Below, piece after piece: positions 1 through 10,017 of a stretch of DNA of 64,000 nucleotides. Both the position numbers and the translations under genes were made by a program. This stretch comes from Candidatus Peribacteria bacterium (GTDB taxonomy: Bacteria; Patescibacteriota; Gracilibacteria; Peribacterales; Peribacteraceae): contig JAHFJN010000001.1 of NCBI GenBank assembly GCA_023245865.1, forward strand, positions 263,649 to 327,648. Direction: 5' to 3'. Under the pieces are notes generated by a model that saw nothing but the letters and a program-made list of their open reading frames with translations, made no database searches and was not told the origin of the DNA. Position 1 is the stretch's first letter, and each line of letters opens with the position of its first letter.

Positions 1-258
1 TCCTTCGCTCAGAGCAGGCTCGACCACAACCTCATTGTGCCATGCTCGATCGGCGCAAAAGAGCATCTGTAATGCCGCAGCAGGCATGGTGCCCTTCCCA
101 AGCTCTTGTCTGATGGTTTGGCCAATGGGGCCATCTGTCGGCTCTTTTGTCAGTACGATATCCACAGTAAGCGACTGCAGAGACTCTGCAAGCAGACGGC
201 TGTGGAGCGTTGTTCCTGCGCCGTCGGGGCCCTCCAGTACAATGAATCGAGACCGCAT
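1..258 (-). CDS. tmk: Thymidylate (dTMP) kinase, N-terminal part; the gene runs off the left edge
   Basis: Not in the ORF track. Reverse complement from CAT 256-258 reads MRSRFIVLEGPDGAGTTLHSRLLAESL..TKEPTDGPIGQTIRQEL..LQMLFCADRAWH. These match the Tmk P-loop-like, TxEP and LLFxADRxxH blocks. Confidence 0.7.
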   Translation of the reverse strand, partial: MRSRFIVLEGPDGAGTTLHSRLLAESLQSLTVDIVLTKEPTDGPIGQTIRQELGKGTMPAAALQMLFCADRAWHNEVVVEPALSEG

Positions 259-315
259 ACTACTCGAATCGTAAACGACTTTGCGGTATAATGATAGGAT
301 ACACTCGCACAAACT

Positions 316-735
316 ATGTCAGAGTCCGACACCCTAGCAATACAGGCATACAGAGCTCCCTCCGGTGCACGCTTTTTGATGTGGTACTGGTCGGTACACC
401 CCAGAAAAGTTCTTCGAATGTACGCCTCATACGCGCAGGCCTTCGGCGAAATGTTTTCGATCATATTTCTCCTCAAAACTCTCTTTGCCCCGTGGAAGAG
501 CATACGAGACGCATACCCAACAAAGGGATTCGATATTTCCGCGATTTTGGAAACCTGGACACTCAACGTAACCGCGCGATCTATCGGCTGCATCATTCGT
601 ATCGTCGCGATTGTGGTCGGTGTCATTTTGCAAGTCATTGTACTCGGATTTTTCGTGGCTTACCTCACGCTGTGGTTTGCATTCCCGTTCCTGATTCTTG
701 CTCTGATTCCGCTTTCCGTACTTCCTTTACTCTGA
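316..735 (+). CDS. Small polytopic membrane protein, function unknown
   Basis: 139-aa ORF with a very hydrophobic C-terminal half (IVAIVVGVILQVIVLGFFVAYLTLWFAFPFLILALIPLSVLPLL). TATAAT at 287-292 lies upstream. Its TGA stop (733-735) directly abuts ATG 736 of the next gene. Confidence 0.6.
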   Translation: MSESDTLAIQAYRAPSGARFLMWYWSVHPRKVLRMYASYAQAFGEMFSIIFLLKTLFAPWKSIRDAYPTKGFDISAILETWTLNVTARSIGCIIRIVAIVVGVILQVIVLGFFVAYLTLWFAFPFLILALIPLSVLPLL

Positions 736-3147
736 ATGCGGTTGCATACAATCACACTGACAGGCACCCGTCCGTTCATCGCCCGAAGACTGCGATTGAT
801 TTTCTTGAGCAGATTTTCCTCCCCAGCGTACGTTGCCCTCGTACTCCTTTTAGGTTGGCAGCTTCAGCGAGCGCATGACGTTCGATTGCCATTGCTTTGC
901 ATTCTCATTCTTCTTCTTTTTATACATGTCATCAGCACCTACCTGCAGGAAATTCTTGAAAATGATGCTTTGCCACTGCCCGAGAATGCTCCGATCGTCG
1001 ACTACTTGTCCTCGGAATTAACCCATGCGCTCAGAAAAACTTCCTCTGTGGCTCCGTCAGATGTGCTTGATGCGGCTCTCAGAACAAAGCGAGGCAGATT
1101 TATCCTCGAGGAAATGAATATTACTGCATCTCATATGCGTGAGCGTTGTGAGAAGGAGGTCGATGAGTCGGTCGAATTGTCGTCGTTTCTAGACTTTGCA
1201 AAGAGTAAGCTTGCGACACTCGGAGAAACGCGAATTGATGCGAACGTCGTTCTGTGGTTGTTTTTTTTGTACGTCCAGAGTTGCAAAAAAGTTCAGGAGG
1301 AAGCGGATCTTTCCGATGAAGAGTTGCTCGGCATCATGCATTGGGAGGCTTTTCATCATCGTTTCCGTGTGCGTGAGAATCCTTGGGATGCCACGACGAT
1401 CATGCGTAACAGCTCCATGGGTCGAAGTTGGGTCATGGGTTACACGGATATGCTGGACCAATTGACAGTCGAAGTGCCTTGCGAGGCTCGCGTTGCAGGT
1501 GAGCGAAGCGTCGTCATACACACAGACGCAATCGATGCGGTACTGCGCTCACTCACACGCTCGAAGGGCCACAATACACTGATCCTCGGAAAGGTTGGAG
1601 TCGGAAAACGGTCACTCGTGGAAAATACCGCTTGCGCGCTGCGTACGTTCGAGCAGCAGAGGCATTTGTCTTTCACGCGCGTGCTTACGCTGCAAACGGA
1701 GACCCTGCTGTCGGGTGTGGGAAATCCCGATACCTTTCTTCTTCATGCGCTCAGTCGTGCGCAGCAGTCCGGTCGCTTTGTGCTGGTCATACGTGATCTG
1801 GCGTTGCTACTGCGTTCTGCAAACGGAAATCTGAAGGCAGTGCTGCTCAAATGCTTGCAGGCCCAAAGTATTGCAATTATCGGCATTGCTGACACGCAGG
1901 ATTATCATGCGCTCATTAAAACTGATCCGCTGCTCGATAACTTGTTTGAGAAAATCGTTGTGGAGGATCCCTCCGATGACGAAACGATGCAAGTGCTCAT
2001 GGCTCACTACTTTGCACTGGAATCGCGCAATGTTCGCATCACCTACAAGGCACTTAAATCCATTCTCGATCTTACGAAGCGTTACCTGAGCACACGCAAA
2101 GGTTTGCCCGGTATTGCGATTGACGTGATGGACGATTCGGTACTCCGTGCACGCGAACAAGCGGACGCATTCGTGCGTGAAGATCATGTACGCAGCGTCA
2201 TTTCCTTGAAGAGCAAGGTGAACGTGGAGCGCGTTGGCCAGGGGGAGAAGGAGCGTCTGTTGAATCTCGAAGAAACATTGAAGAAGAAAGTGATCGGGCA
2301 GGAGAACGCCATTCGTGCCGTTGTAAGTTCGCTCAAGCGAGCACGGATGGATCTCCACGACCGCCGAAAGCCCGTTGGAACATTCCTCTTCCTCGGACCC
2401 ACAGGTGTCGGTAAAACACAGACTGCGAAGGCACTTGCGGAGGAATACTTCGGTTCGAGTGACGCCATGATCCGGCTCGACATGAACGAGTACAGCCAGC
2501 CGAATTCCGTTTTCAACATCATCGGCGATGCCGGGTCGAGTGAGGGCTTCCTCGCACAGCGTGTTCAGGATAAGCCCTTCTCACTCGTGCTGCTGGACGA
2601 AATAGAAAAAGCACACCCTGCGGTGCTCAATTTGTTTCTTCAAATTCTCGACGAAGGCTTCCTCAATGACAGCCGTGGTATGAGAACGGACTTCCGCAAC
2701 ACTATTATCATCGCAACGTCCAACGCAGGAGCTCTCTTCATTCGAGAATTTATCAAATCACACGCAGACATCGACAAGAGTCAATTCAAGCAGGCTCTCA
2801 TAGAGACCGTGCTGCGCGAGAAACAATTCGCTCCGGAGTTTATCAACCGCTTCGATGAGGTTGTCCTGTTCCACCCGCTCAGCCCGGAGGTGGCGTCTCA
2901 GGTTGCGTCGCTCATGCTCACCGAGATTGTCTCGGATGTGCAAAAGCGTCGTGGAATCACGGTAAAATTCGGCGATGATGTTATCGCAACTGTTGTCGAG
3001 CGCGGATACAGCGTCGATTTTGGTGCACGTGAAATGCGCCGTACGATCACGGAATTGATCGAAGATTATCTTGCCGACTATCTGCTGAAACACGAGGTCA
3101 AGCGAGGTGAGGAAATCGTCATACACAAGGACGATTTGCGATCGTAG
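736..3147 (+). CDS. Membrane-anchored Clp/Hsp100-type double AAA+ ATPase (ClpB/ClpC-like)
   Basis: 803 aa. The N-terminus has hydrophobic helices (AYVALVLLLGW, LLCILILLLFIHVI). First P-loop is GKVGVGKRS. Second module has GPTGVGKT, Walker B LVLLDEIEKAH and the ClpB D2-small-like EFINRFDEVVLFHPL. Confidence 0.8.
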   Translation: MRLHTITLTGTRPFIARRLRLIFLSRFSSPAYVALVLLLGWQLQRAHDVRLPLLCILILLLFIHVISTYLQEILENDALPLPENAPIVDYLSSELTHALRKTSSVAPSDVLDAALRTKRGRFILEEMNITASHMRERCEKEVDESVELSSFLDFAKSKLATLGETRIDANVVLWLFFLYVQSCKKVQEEADLSDEELLGIMHWEAFHHRFRVRENPWDATTIMRNSSMGRSWVMGYTDMLDQLTVEVPCEARVAGERSVVIHTDAIDAVLRSLTRSKGHNTLILGKVGVGKRSLVENTACALRTFEQQRHLSFTRVLTLQTETLLSGVGNPDTFLLHALSRAQQSGRFVLVIRDLALLLRSANGNLKAVLLKCLQAQSIAIIGIADTQDYHALIKTDPLLDNLFEKIVVEDPSDDETMQVLMAHYFALESRNVRITYKALKSILDLTKRYLSTRKGLPGIAIDVMDDSVLRAREQADAFVREDHVRSVISLKSKVNVERVGQGEKERLLNLEETLKKKVIGQENAIRAVVSSLKRARMDLHDRRKPVGTFLFLGPTGVGKTQTAKALAEEYFGSSDAMIRLDMNEYSQPNSVFNIIGDAGSSEGFLAQRVQDKPFSLVLLDEIEKAHPAVLNLFLQILDEGFLNDSRGMRTDFRNTIIIATSNAGALFIREFIKSHADIDKSQFKQALIETVLREKQFAPEFINRFDEVVLFHPLSPEVASQVASLMLTEIVSDVQKRRGITVKFGDDVIATVVERGYSVDFGAREMRRTITELIEDYLADYLLKHEVKRGEEIVIHKDDLRS

Positions 3148-4350
3148 GTGTATCGTATACGCATGCACAGCAACATTTGGAAACTCAATTGCATTGCCGG
3201 TTCCATCGGGAGTGTCATATTCATTTCCGTCGTTGTGCCCTTTTGGCAAAGCAATGGCCTGACATTGCACCAGATTTTTTTACTGCAGAGCGCGTTCGGT
3301 TTTGCTCTCGTTCTGTCGCAGATTCCTACCGGATATCTTTCTGATGTGTGGGGGCGAAAAAATGTCATCGTTACGGGCATGTTTCTTCTGCTGCTCAGCA
3401 TGGTCGCTCAGGCAATGTCTTGGACTTTCTCGGGATTTCTTGTCGCTGAGGCGCTTCGTGGCTTTGGCCTGAGCTTTCTTTCCGGTACGGTGGAAGCAAT
3501 GCTCTACGAGAGCATGCATACTACGCCCGGTCAGCGAACGTATCGTGATCTGATAGGGAGTCAAATGTTCTTACGCTACGGGTTTGAGGCGATCACATCT
3601 GTCTTTGGCGGCTTTCTTGCAGTCTATGGACTGCGGATACCCGTGGTTGCGAGTATCGCACCGTTTGCATTTGGTTTTGTCGTTGCACTTTCCCTCAAAG
3701 AACTTCCCTTGAGAGCTCGCATCAAACAAGCTCACAGCAAGGCAATCGTAAATGTTTTTCGGTATACGCTTTTTCGACACGGCGAGATCCGCAGCATCAT
3801 GCTTCTTCACTCCACAGTGTCCGCATCGACACTTCTTATCTTCTGGTTTACGCAGCCATACCAATCTCTTGTCGGGCTTCCATTGGGTTTGTTTGGTATC
3901 ACGTATGCCACTATTGTCGGCTTCGGAGCCGTTGCCTCACGCTACGTTCACGTGCTTGAGAAACATGTCAGCGATAAGGCGTTGCTGTGTATCATCTGCG
4001 GCATGGTTGCGGGAAGTTACCTCTTCCTTGGCTCCGTTCTTTCCTGGTGGGGTCTCGTGTTCTTTCTGGTCGCGCGCATTGCGTACGGACTTATTTCTCC
4101 GCTCACGAACGATGTTTTGAATCGAATGACGCCGGCACACATGCGGGCAACCGCGCTTTCTCTTCGTTCCTCGATCACGAGTTTGCTCTTCGCATGTCTT
4201 TCTCCCATTGCAGGGTATCTCACCGACGCCTACACATTAAATCAAGCTATTTTTATTACGGGGTGCGGCATTACCGCTCTGCTCCTACTCCAGTTATTTT
4301 CAATGCGTCAATCTTTTCTCTCATCGAGTACTGTTAGAGTTCGTACATGA
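3148..4350 (+). CDS. MFS-type transporter
   Basis: 400 aa with about 12 hydrophobic segments and the MFS loop motif GYLSDVWGRKNV. Listed start is GTG 3148; ATG 3163 is an alternative. Confidence 0.75.
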   Translation: MYRIRMHSNIWKLNCIAGSIGSVIFISVVVPFWQSNGLTLHQIFLLQSAFGFALVLSQIPTGYLSDVWGRKNVIVTGMFLLLLSMVAQAMSWTFSGFLVAEALRGFGLSFLSGTVEAMLYESMHTTPGQRTYRDLIGSQMFLRYGFEAITSVFGGFLAVYGLRIPVVASIAPFAFGFVVALSLKELPLRARIKQAHSKAIVNVFRYTLFRHGEIRSIMLLHSTVSASTLLIFWFTQPYQSLVGLPLGLFGITYATIVGFGAVASRYVHVLEKHVSDKALLCIICGMVAGSYLFLGSVLSWWGLVFFLVARIAYGLISPLTNDVLNRMTPAHMRATALSLRSSITSLLFACLSPIAGYLTDAYTLNQAIFITGCGITALLLLQLFSMRQSFLSSSTVRVRT

Positions 4351-4670
4351 AAAAATTAAAGATCTCCGTCATCGGCGTTTCATTGCTCGTCCCGTTTCTC
4401 GTACAGGCACATCCGGGTCTTGTTGATAAAAATGGTTGCCATGTATGTACGAGGGCTTGTGAGGACCGCTACCATGTAAAAGAGGGTGCATATCATTGTC
4501 ACGTCGGAGACGATCGCATGAAGAGTTATACGTATGAAGAGATGAAGGCTATGAAAGGCGAAACTCCGAACACCAGTTCCGCACCTGCCGTGATGAAATC
4601 AAGCAAGAAGTCAGCAGCATCTGTCGCGACTGTGGAGAGGGCAAAGAAAGGAAACAAGCCAAGGAAATAG
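4347..4670 (+). CDS. Small secreted Cys/His-rich protein, possibly metal-binding
   Basis: 107 aa. Signal peptide MKKLKISVIGVSLLVPFLVQA, then NGCHVCTRACEDRYHVKEGAYHCHVGDD. ATG 4347-4349 overlaps the TGA 4348-4350 of the MFS gene. Confidence 0.6.
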   Translation: MKKLKISVIGVSLLVPFLVQAHPGLVDKNGCHVCTRACEDRYHVKEGAYHCHVGDDRMKSYTYEEMKAMKGETPNTSSAPAVMKSSKKSAASVATVERAKKGNKPRK

Positions 4671-4673
4671 CAT

Positions 4674-4719
4674 GAAAAACGTGTCATGGTGAGCACAGTC
4701 GAACCACAGACACGTTTTC
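4674..4719. terminator. Long hairpin between convergent genes, likely a bidirectional terminator
   Basis: GAAAAACGTGTC (4674-4685) pairs with GACACGTTTTC (4709-4719). It sits between the stop of 4347-4670 (+) and the stop of groEL (-). The loop contains TGAGCACAGTCGAA, which recurs at 37307-37320. Confidence 0.55.
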
Positions 4720-4723
4720 ATTT

Positions 4724-6364
<1,641 letters not shown>

Positions 6365-6419
6365 CTAGTAGGTTAGGAGATAGGAAATAGGAAATAGCTT
6401 CGTTAGAAGCATAAGAAAA

Positions 6420-6749
6420 TTATTTGACGAGACCGAGGACAGAATCGAGATGCAAAATCTTCACCTCGACGTCTTTACCATCTTTATCCTTTAACTTCAC
6501 CTCATCACCCGCGTACTTGCCAAAGAGTACCTTGTCACCGACTTTCAGGTAATCGTGGGGATTTGCCATGTCTTTGCCGATACCACCTTTACCGAGTGCA
6601 AGGATGATTCCTTCCTGAGGCTTTTCACCCTTCGCCGTGTCGGGGATGACAATACCAGAGGCCGTGACTTGTTCCGCCTCGAGTGGGAGAACGACGACGC
6701 GATCGCCGAGGGGTTGAATACTGACCGTGAGTTTGGGGAGGGATGCCAT
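6420..6749 (-). CDS. groES: Co-chaperonin GroES
   Basis: 109 aa: IQPLGDRVVV..ASGIVIPDTAKEKPQEG-like..VGDKVLFGKYAGDEVK. It lies immediately upstream of groEL on the same strand. Confidence 0.95.
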   Translation of the reverse strand: MASLPKLTVSIQPLGDRVVVLPLEAEQVTASGIVIPDTAKGEKPQEGIILALGKGGIGKDMANPHDYLKVGDKVLFGKYAGDEVKLKDKDGKDVEVKILHLDSVLGLVK

Positions 6750-6751
6750 AT

Positions 6752-6806
6752 GAATGGAGAATGTAGGATGTAGAATGCCTGCCTGCTGCAGGCAGGGAGA
6801 ATGTAG
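6752..6806 (-). repeat. ATGTAGAATG/ATGTAGGATG leader repeats flanking a GC palindrome in the groES 5' leader
   Basis: Plus strand has ATGTAGGATG at 6761-6770, ATGTAGAATG at 6768-6777, palindrome CCTGCCTGCTGCAGGCAGG at 6778-6796 and ATGTAG at 6801-6806. In the groES sense these read CATTCTACAT-type. Confidence 0.7.
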
Positions 6807-6831
6807 TGCGGCTGTCTCTGGCCGCAGTCAA

Positions 6832-6858
6832 TTAGCAGTCGGCATTTTAGAGTGATAA
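6832..6858 (-). promoter_or_regulatory. CIRCE operator (HrcA-binding inverted repeat) upstream of groES
   Basis: TTAGCAGTC-N9-GAGTGATAA versus consensus TTAGCACTC-N9-GAGTGCTAA. Confidence 0.8.
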
Positions 6859-6871
6859 TTTTTCCAGTCAA
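6844..6871 (-). promoter_or_regulatory. Putative sigma-70-type promoter of groES-groEL
   Basis: On the minus strand: TTGACT (6866-6871), 16-nt spacer, TAAAAT (6844-6849). The -10 overlaps CIRCE. Confidence 0.55.
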
Positions 6872-6877
6872 GGGATC

Positions 6878-8542
6878 TTGGTGACAGAGCGTACACTTGA
6901 TCGGATGTCCGATAGGAAACAGTCTTGGCTTGCTGCAGGAGCACTCCTTCTTTTGGTGCTCTGCCTCTACGCACCTTCACTCGAAAACGGTTTCGTTGAT
7001 TGGGACGACGGTTCACTCATCGAACAGAACCCGATCGTGCATGGACTCACGTGGGAGCATATCAAAAGCTCTTTTTCTACCTACGATCCGGAACTCTACA
7101 CGCCACTGACATTCTTAAGCTACCAACTGACCTACGCGATCGCCGATCTACAACCATTTGCGTATCACCTCGGGAATGTGATGCTCCATGCACTGAATGC
7201 GATTCTGATTCTTTGGATGGTATATGTATTGAGACGCAAAAAATTCGAAGCGTTCGTGTGTGGACTACTGTTCGCAGTCCATCCACTCAATACTGAGGCA
7301 GTTGCATGGGCGAGCGCACGGAAGGATGTGCTTGCGGCGTTTTTTTTCCTCTCATCCATTGTTGCGTATTTGTATAGAGGCGAGGGGAAAAAATATTATT
7401 TCCTGAGTATTCTGTTTTTTCTTTTGGGACTTCTCTCGAAGGTCAGCATCCTCATGCTGCCCCTTGCACTTGTTTTGATCGATCGATTGCAAGGCAGACA
7501 TTTCGATCGCAAACAATTGATGGAAAAAGCCCCGTACATGTTTCTGAGCATCGTCTTTGGAATCGTCGCAGTGTTTGGTAAGTTCGCAAATACATCTTTT
7601 TACTGGGAGAAATTTCTTCTCGGATGCAAAGCGATTGTTTTTTACCTCGGCAAATTATTTCTGCCCGGTCACTTTTCTCTTCTCTATCCTTACACGCAAA
7701 CAATTTCTCTCGCATCGACGGACATTCTTCTCTCCGTTCTTGCTGTGATCGCTCTTTGCGTTACATCGATCCTCGTACGTAAACGGTATCCTCTTGTTTT
7801 CTTTTGCTGGTGGTGGTACGTGATACTGCTTCTGCCAACCTTTACGACGATCGCCAAGGGGCACGATGCGGCACTGGATGTGTACTTTGCGTCTGATCGC
7901 TATGCCTATGTTCCCTCCATTGGGATCCTGATACTTATAGCGACAGTAGTCGATGTTCTTTACCGAAAATTCCAAGCAGTTGCCATCGCATTTGTCTCGT
8001 TCACTTTCCTCGTCCTCATCATGCTGACGTATCACCAGAGTCTTGTGTGGTCTGACACAGAATCACTCTTTCGGAGTGTCTTAGCATCATATCCCAATTC
8101 CCACGTGGCACATACGCAACTCGGCGTCGTCCTCTTCAATCGCGATGAAATCGATGGTGCTTTTGCAGAATTTCAGAAAGCGCTCGCCATCCGTCCCGAT
8201 GGAACTGCGTACTATGACATCGGACAGATCTATCTCAAAAAAGGAATGATCGATGAAGCAATGCAAGCGTACCGGAGTGCCATTGTCGCAAATCCCGTCG
8301 ATCCGGACCCGTACATTAATCTCGGTGCTCTTCTCCTACAGCAAGGCAAGGACAAGGAGGCACTCGCAATTCTTGAACCGGCAAAGGATTTGAAGTCCGA
8401 TTCCCGACTCTATATCAATTTGGGTCTCGCCTACGAGCATCTCGGACGCAAAAAGGATGCTATCGATGCCTACAAGCGTGCACTCGAACTTGATCCTGAG
8501 AATGAGGAGATCCGCCAATCACTGAGTGAGCTTTCGCAATGA
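6878..8542 (+). CDS. Polytopic membrane protein with C-terminal TPR repeats, TMTC/PMT-like (GT-C type) glycosyltransferase candidate
   Basis: 554 aa. N-terminus has NGFVDWDDGSLIEQNP and many TM segments. The C-terminus has TPR-like repeats (AFAEFQKALAIRPD.., AMQAYRSAIVANP.., AIDAYKRALELDPEN). GTG start listed; ATG 6905 is an alternative. Confidence 0.75.
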   Translation: MVTERTLDRMSDRKQSWLAAGALLLLVLCLYAPSLENGFVDWDDGSLIEQNPIVHGLTWEHIKSSFSTYDPELYTPLTFLSYQLTYAIADLQPFAYHLGNVMLHALNAILILWMVYVLRRKKFEAFVCGLLFAVHPLNTEAVAWASARKDVLAAFFFLSSIVAYLYRGEGKKYYFLSILFFLLGLLSKVSILMLPLALVLIDRLQGRHFDRKQLMEKAPYMFLSIVFGIVAVFGKFANTSFYWEKFLLGCKAIVFYLGKLFLPGHFSLLYPYTQTISLASTDILLSVLAVIALCVTSILVRKRYPLVFFCWWWYVILLLPTFTTIAKGHDAALDVYFASDRYAYVPSIGILILIATVVDVLYRKFQAVAIAFVSFTFLVLIMLTYHQSLVWSDTESLFRSVLASYPNSHVAHTQLGVVLFNRDEIDGAFAEFQKALAIRPDGTAYYDIGQIYLKKGMIDEAMQAYRSAIVANPVDPDPYINLGALLLQQGKDKEALAILEPAKDLKSDSRLYINLGLAYEHLGRKKDAIDAYKRALELDPENEEIRQSLSELSQ

Positions 8543-8545
8543 TTA

Positions 8546-9841
8546 TCAGCCGACCCATTCCTTGTGTGTGAACAGGTCGAGCAGGTGGAGCTGCAGTGTG
8601 AGTGCTGCGATGCAGTAGACGGAAAATACAATACAGGCAACGTATTTCGTACGTCCTTCAAGATTCGACTCTGTAAGTCTGTGCGAGACGATGATTGCAA
8701 GCAGAATAAAAACAGGGAGGCAGTAGCGAGACATGCTCCGAAAACCGAGAGAGGAAACTGCCGACGCCTGCAGGTAAAAAAGAATGATAGCGAGGGACAG
8801 GAGCCCATACCGTACCTCGATAAATTTAATAGCTGTGTCACACTGAGTGTTCGGCATCTTCCGTCCCTCGATACTATTTTGCTTTGCAAAATCACTCGGG
8901 ATGACACAGGAAGATGCCGAACGTATCGAAGTGCGGTGTAACATCGCAAGAGAAAGTAACACAAGAATCCAGAACATCAGCGTGGTGATGTTTGCACTCA
9001 CTTGATTCGGGTCCAGAAGGTGCTGGCCGAATGTTGGAAGAAAATGAAAACCGTCATGAAGCGGAAACAGATAATCCGGTACCACGAGCCACCCCACTCT
9101 TTGAATTTTGAGATAGAAATCCCAGTACCCGAATATGAAATGCAGATACGTAAAAAATACTACCACTCCCATCATCGATGCTATGGTAACGAGAATGCGT
9201 CGTTGTATCAGTGCATAGAGACTCACAACCAGTCCGAGGATTCTTGTAAGAGACATAGCAAAACCATGAAGTCCGGCAAGTATGCAAGCATATTTCGATT
9301 CGCAGTTGCACCAGTACAAAAATCCCATCATGAAAAAGAGAAACAGTGATTCCGAGTATCCCGTAACCAGAAAAAACGTCGATGGATAGACGATGATCGA
9401 AAGTATGCACAGCTGTCGCATTCGTTTTGAAACTCGTAATTGATTCAGAAATAGTTGCAAGTAGATCCAGAATCCCACACAGAATGCTTGCGAAACAAGA
9501 AGCATCGCAGTGCGAAATGGTATTCCGATCATTCGGTGGAAGAAGTGAACAAGGAGCGGATACGCAGGAAGGAAAGCGATGTTCGTCAATTGCTGAAATT
9601 TGTCTTGATCAATATCCTTCCAATCGTCTCTGTCGCGAGGGAGATTGCTGAAGTATCCCTTCTCTGCAATTCCTTGGTACCACACACTGTCGAATGCATT
9701 GAGATGCTCGTACGACACGATGGGAGATCGCTGACCTTGTACCAAAATGGCAAGGAGGATTTGGATGAATGTGATTCCGCATGCAATGGCGAAGATTCGC
9801 ATAAAGCCAGTTTCGCATACAAGCTGAATCCTTGCTATCAT
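8546..9841 (-). CDS. Polytopic membrane protein, PIG-V-like mannosyltransferase candidate
   Basis: ORF 8546-9880. I trimmed the start to ATG 9841 (MIARIQL..) because the longer form overlaps tRNA-Leu. It has a DSVWYQGIAEKGY motif and about 10 TM segments. ATG 9802 is also possible. Confidence 0.7.
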   Translation of the reverse strand: MIARIQLVCETGFMRIFAIACGITFIQILLAILVQGQRSPIVSYEHLNAFDSVWYQGIAEKGYFSNLPRDRDDWKDIDQDKFQQLTNIAFLPAYPLLVHFFHRMIGIPFRTAMLLVSQAFCVGFWIYLQLFLNQLRVSKRMRQLCILSIIVYPSTFFLVTGYSESLFLFFMMGFLYWCNCESKYACILAGLHGFAMSLTRILGLVVSLYALIQRRILVTIASMMGVVVFFTYLHFIFGYWDFYLKIQRVGWLVVPDYLFPLHDGFHFLPTFGQHLLDPNQVSANITTLMFWILVLLSLAMLHRTSIRSASSCVIPSDFAKQNSIEGRKMPNTQCDTAIKFIEVRYGLLSLAIILFYLQASAVSSLGFRSMSRYCLPVFILLAIIVSHRLTESNLEGRTKYVACIVFSVYCIAALTLQLHLLDLFTHKEWVG

Positions 9842-9850
9842 CTGTGTAGT

Positions 9851-9937
9851 GCCGATGTGGCGGAATTGGTAGACGCGCACGCTTCAGGAGCGTGTATCCG
9901 CAAGGATGTGAGAGTTCGAGTCTCTCCATCGGCACCA
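9851..9937 (+). tRNA. tRNA-Leu (anticodon CAG), class II, CCA encoded
   Basis: GCCGATG acceptor pairs with CATCGGC. Anticodon arm is CACGC-TTCAGGA-GCGTG, with a long variable arm TATCCGCAAGGATGT and T arm GAGAG-TTCGAGT-CTCTC, then ACCA. Confidence 0.9.
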
Positions 9938-9978
9938 GTATGGAGAGACGAGAAGCCTGTGGTGAGCTTGACGAACCA

Positions 9979-9997
9979 AGTCTCTCCATCGGCACCA
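9979..9997 (+). repeat. Exact 19-nt direct copy of the tRNA-Leu 3' end
   Basis: AGTCTCTCCATCGGCACCA occurs at 9919-9937 (tRNA 3' end) and again at 9979-9997. Confidence 0.85.
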
Positions 9998-10017
9998 TGT
10001 GATGTATACTGTTCACG

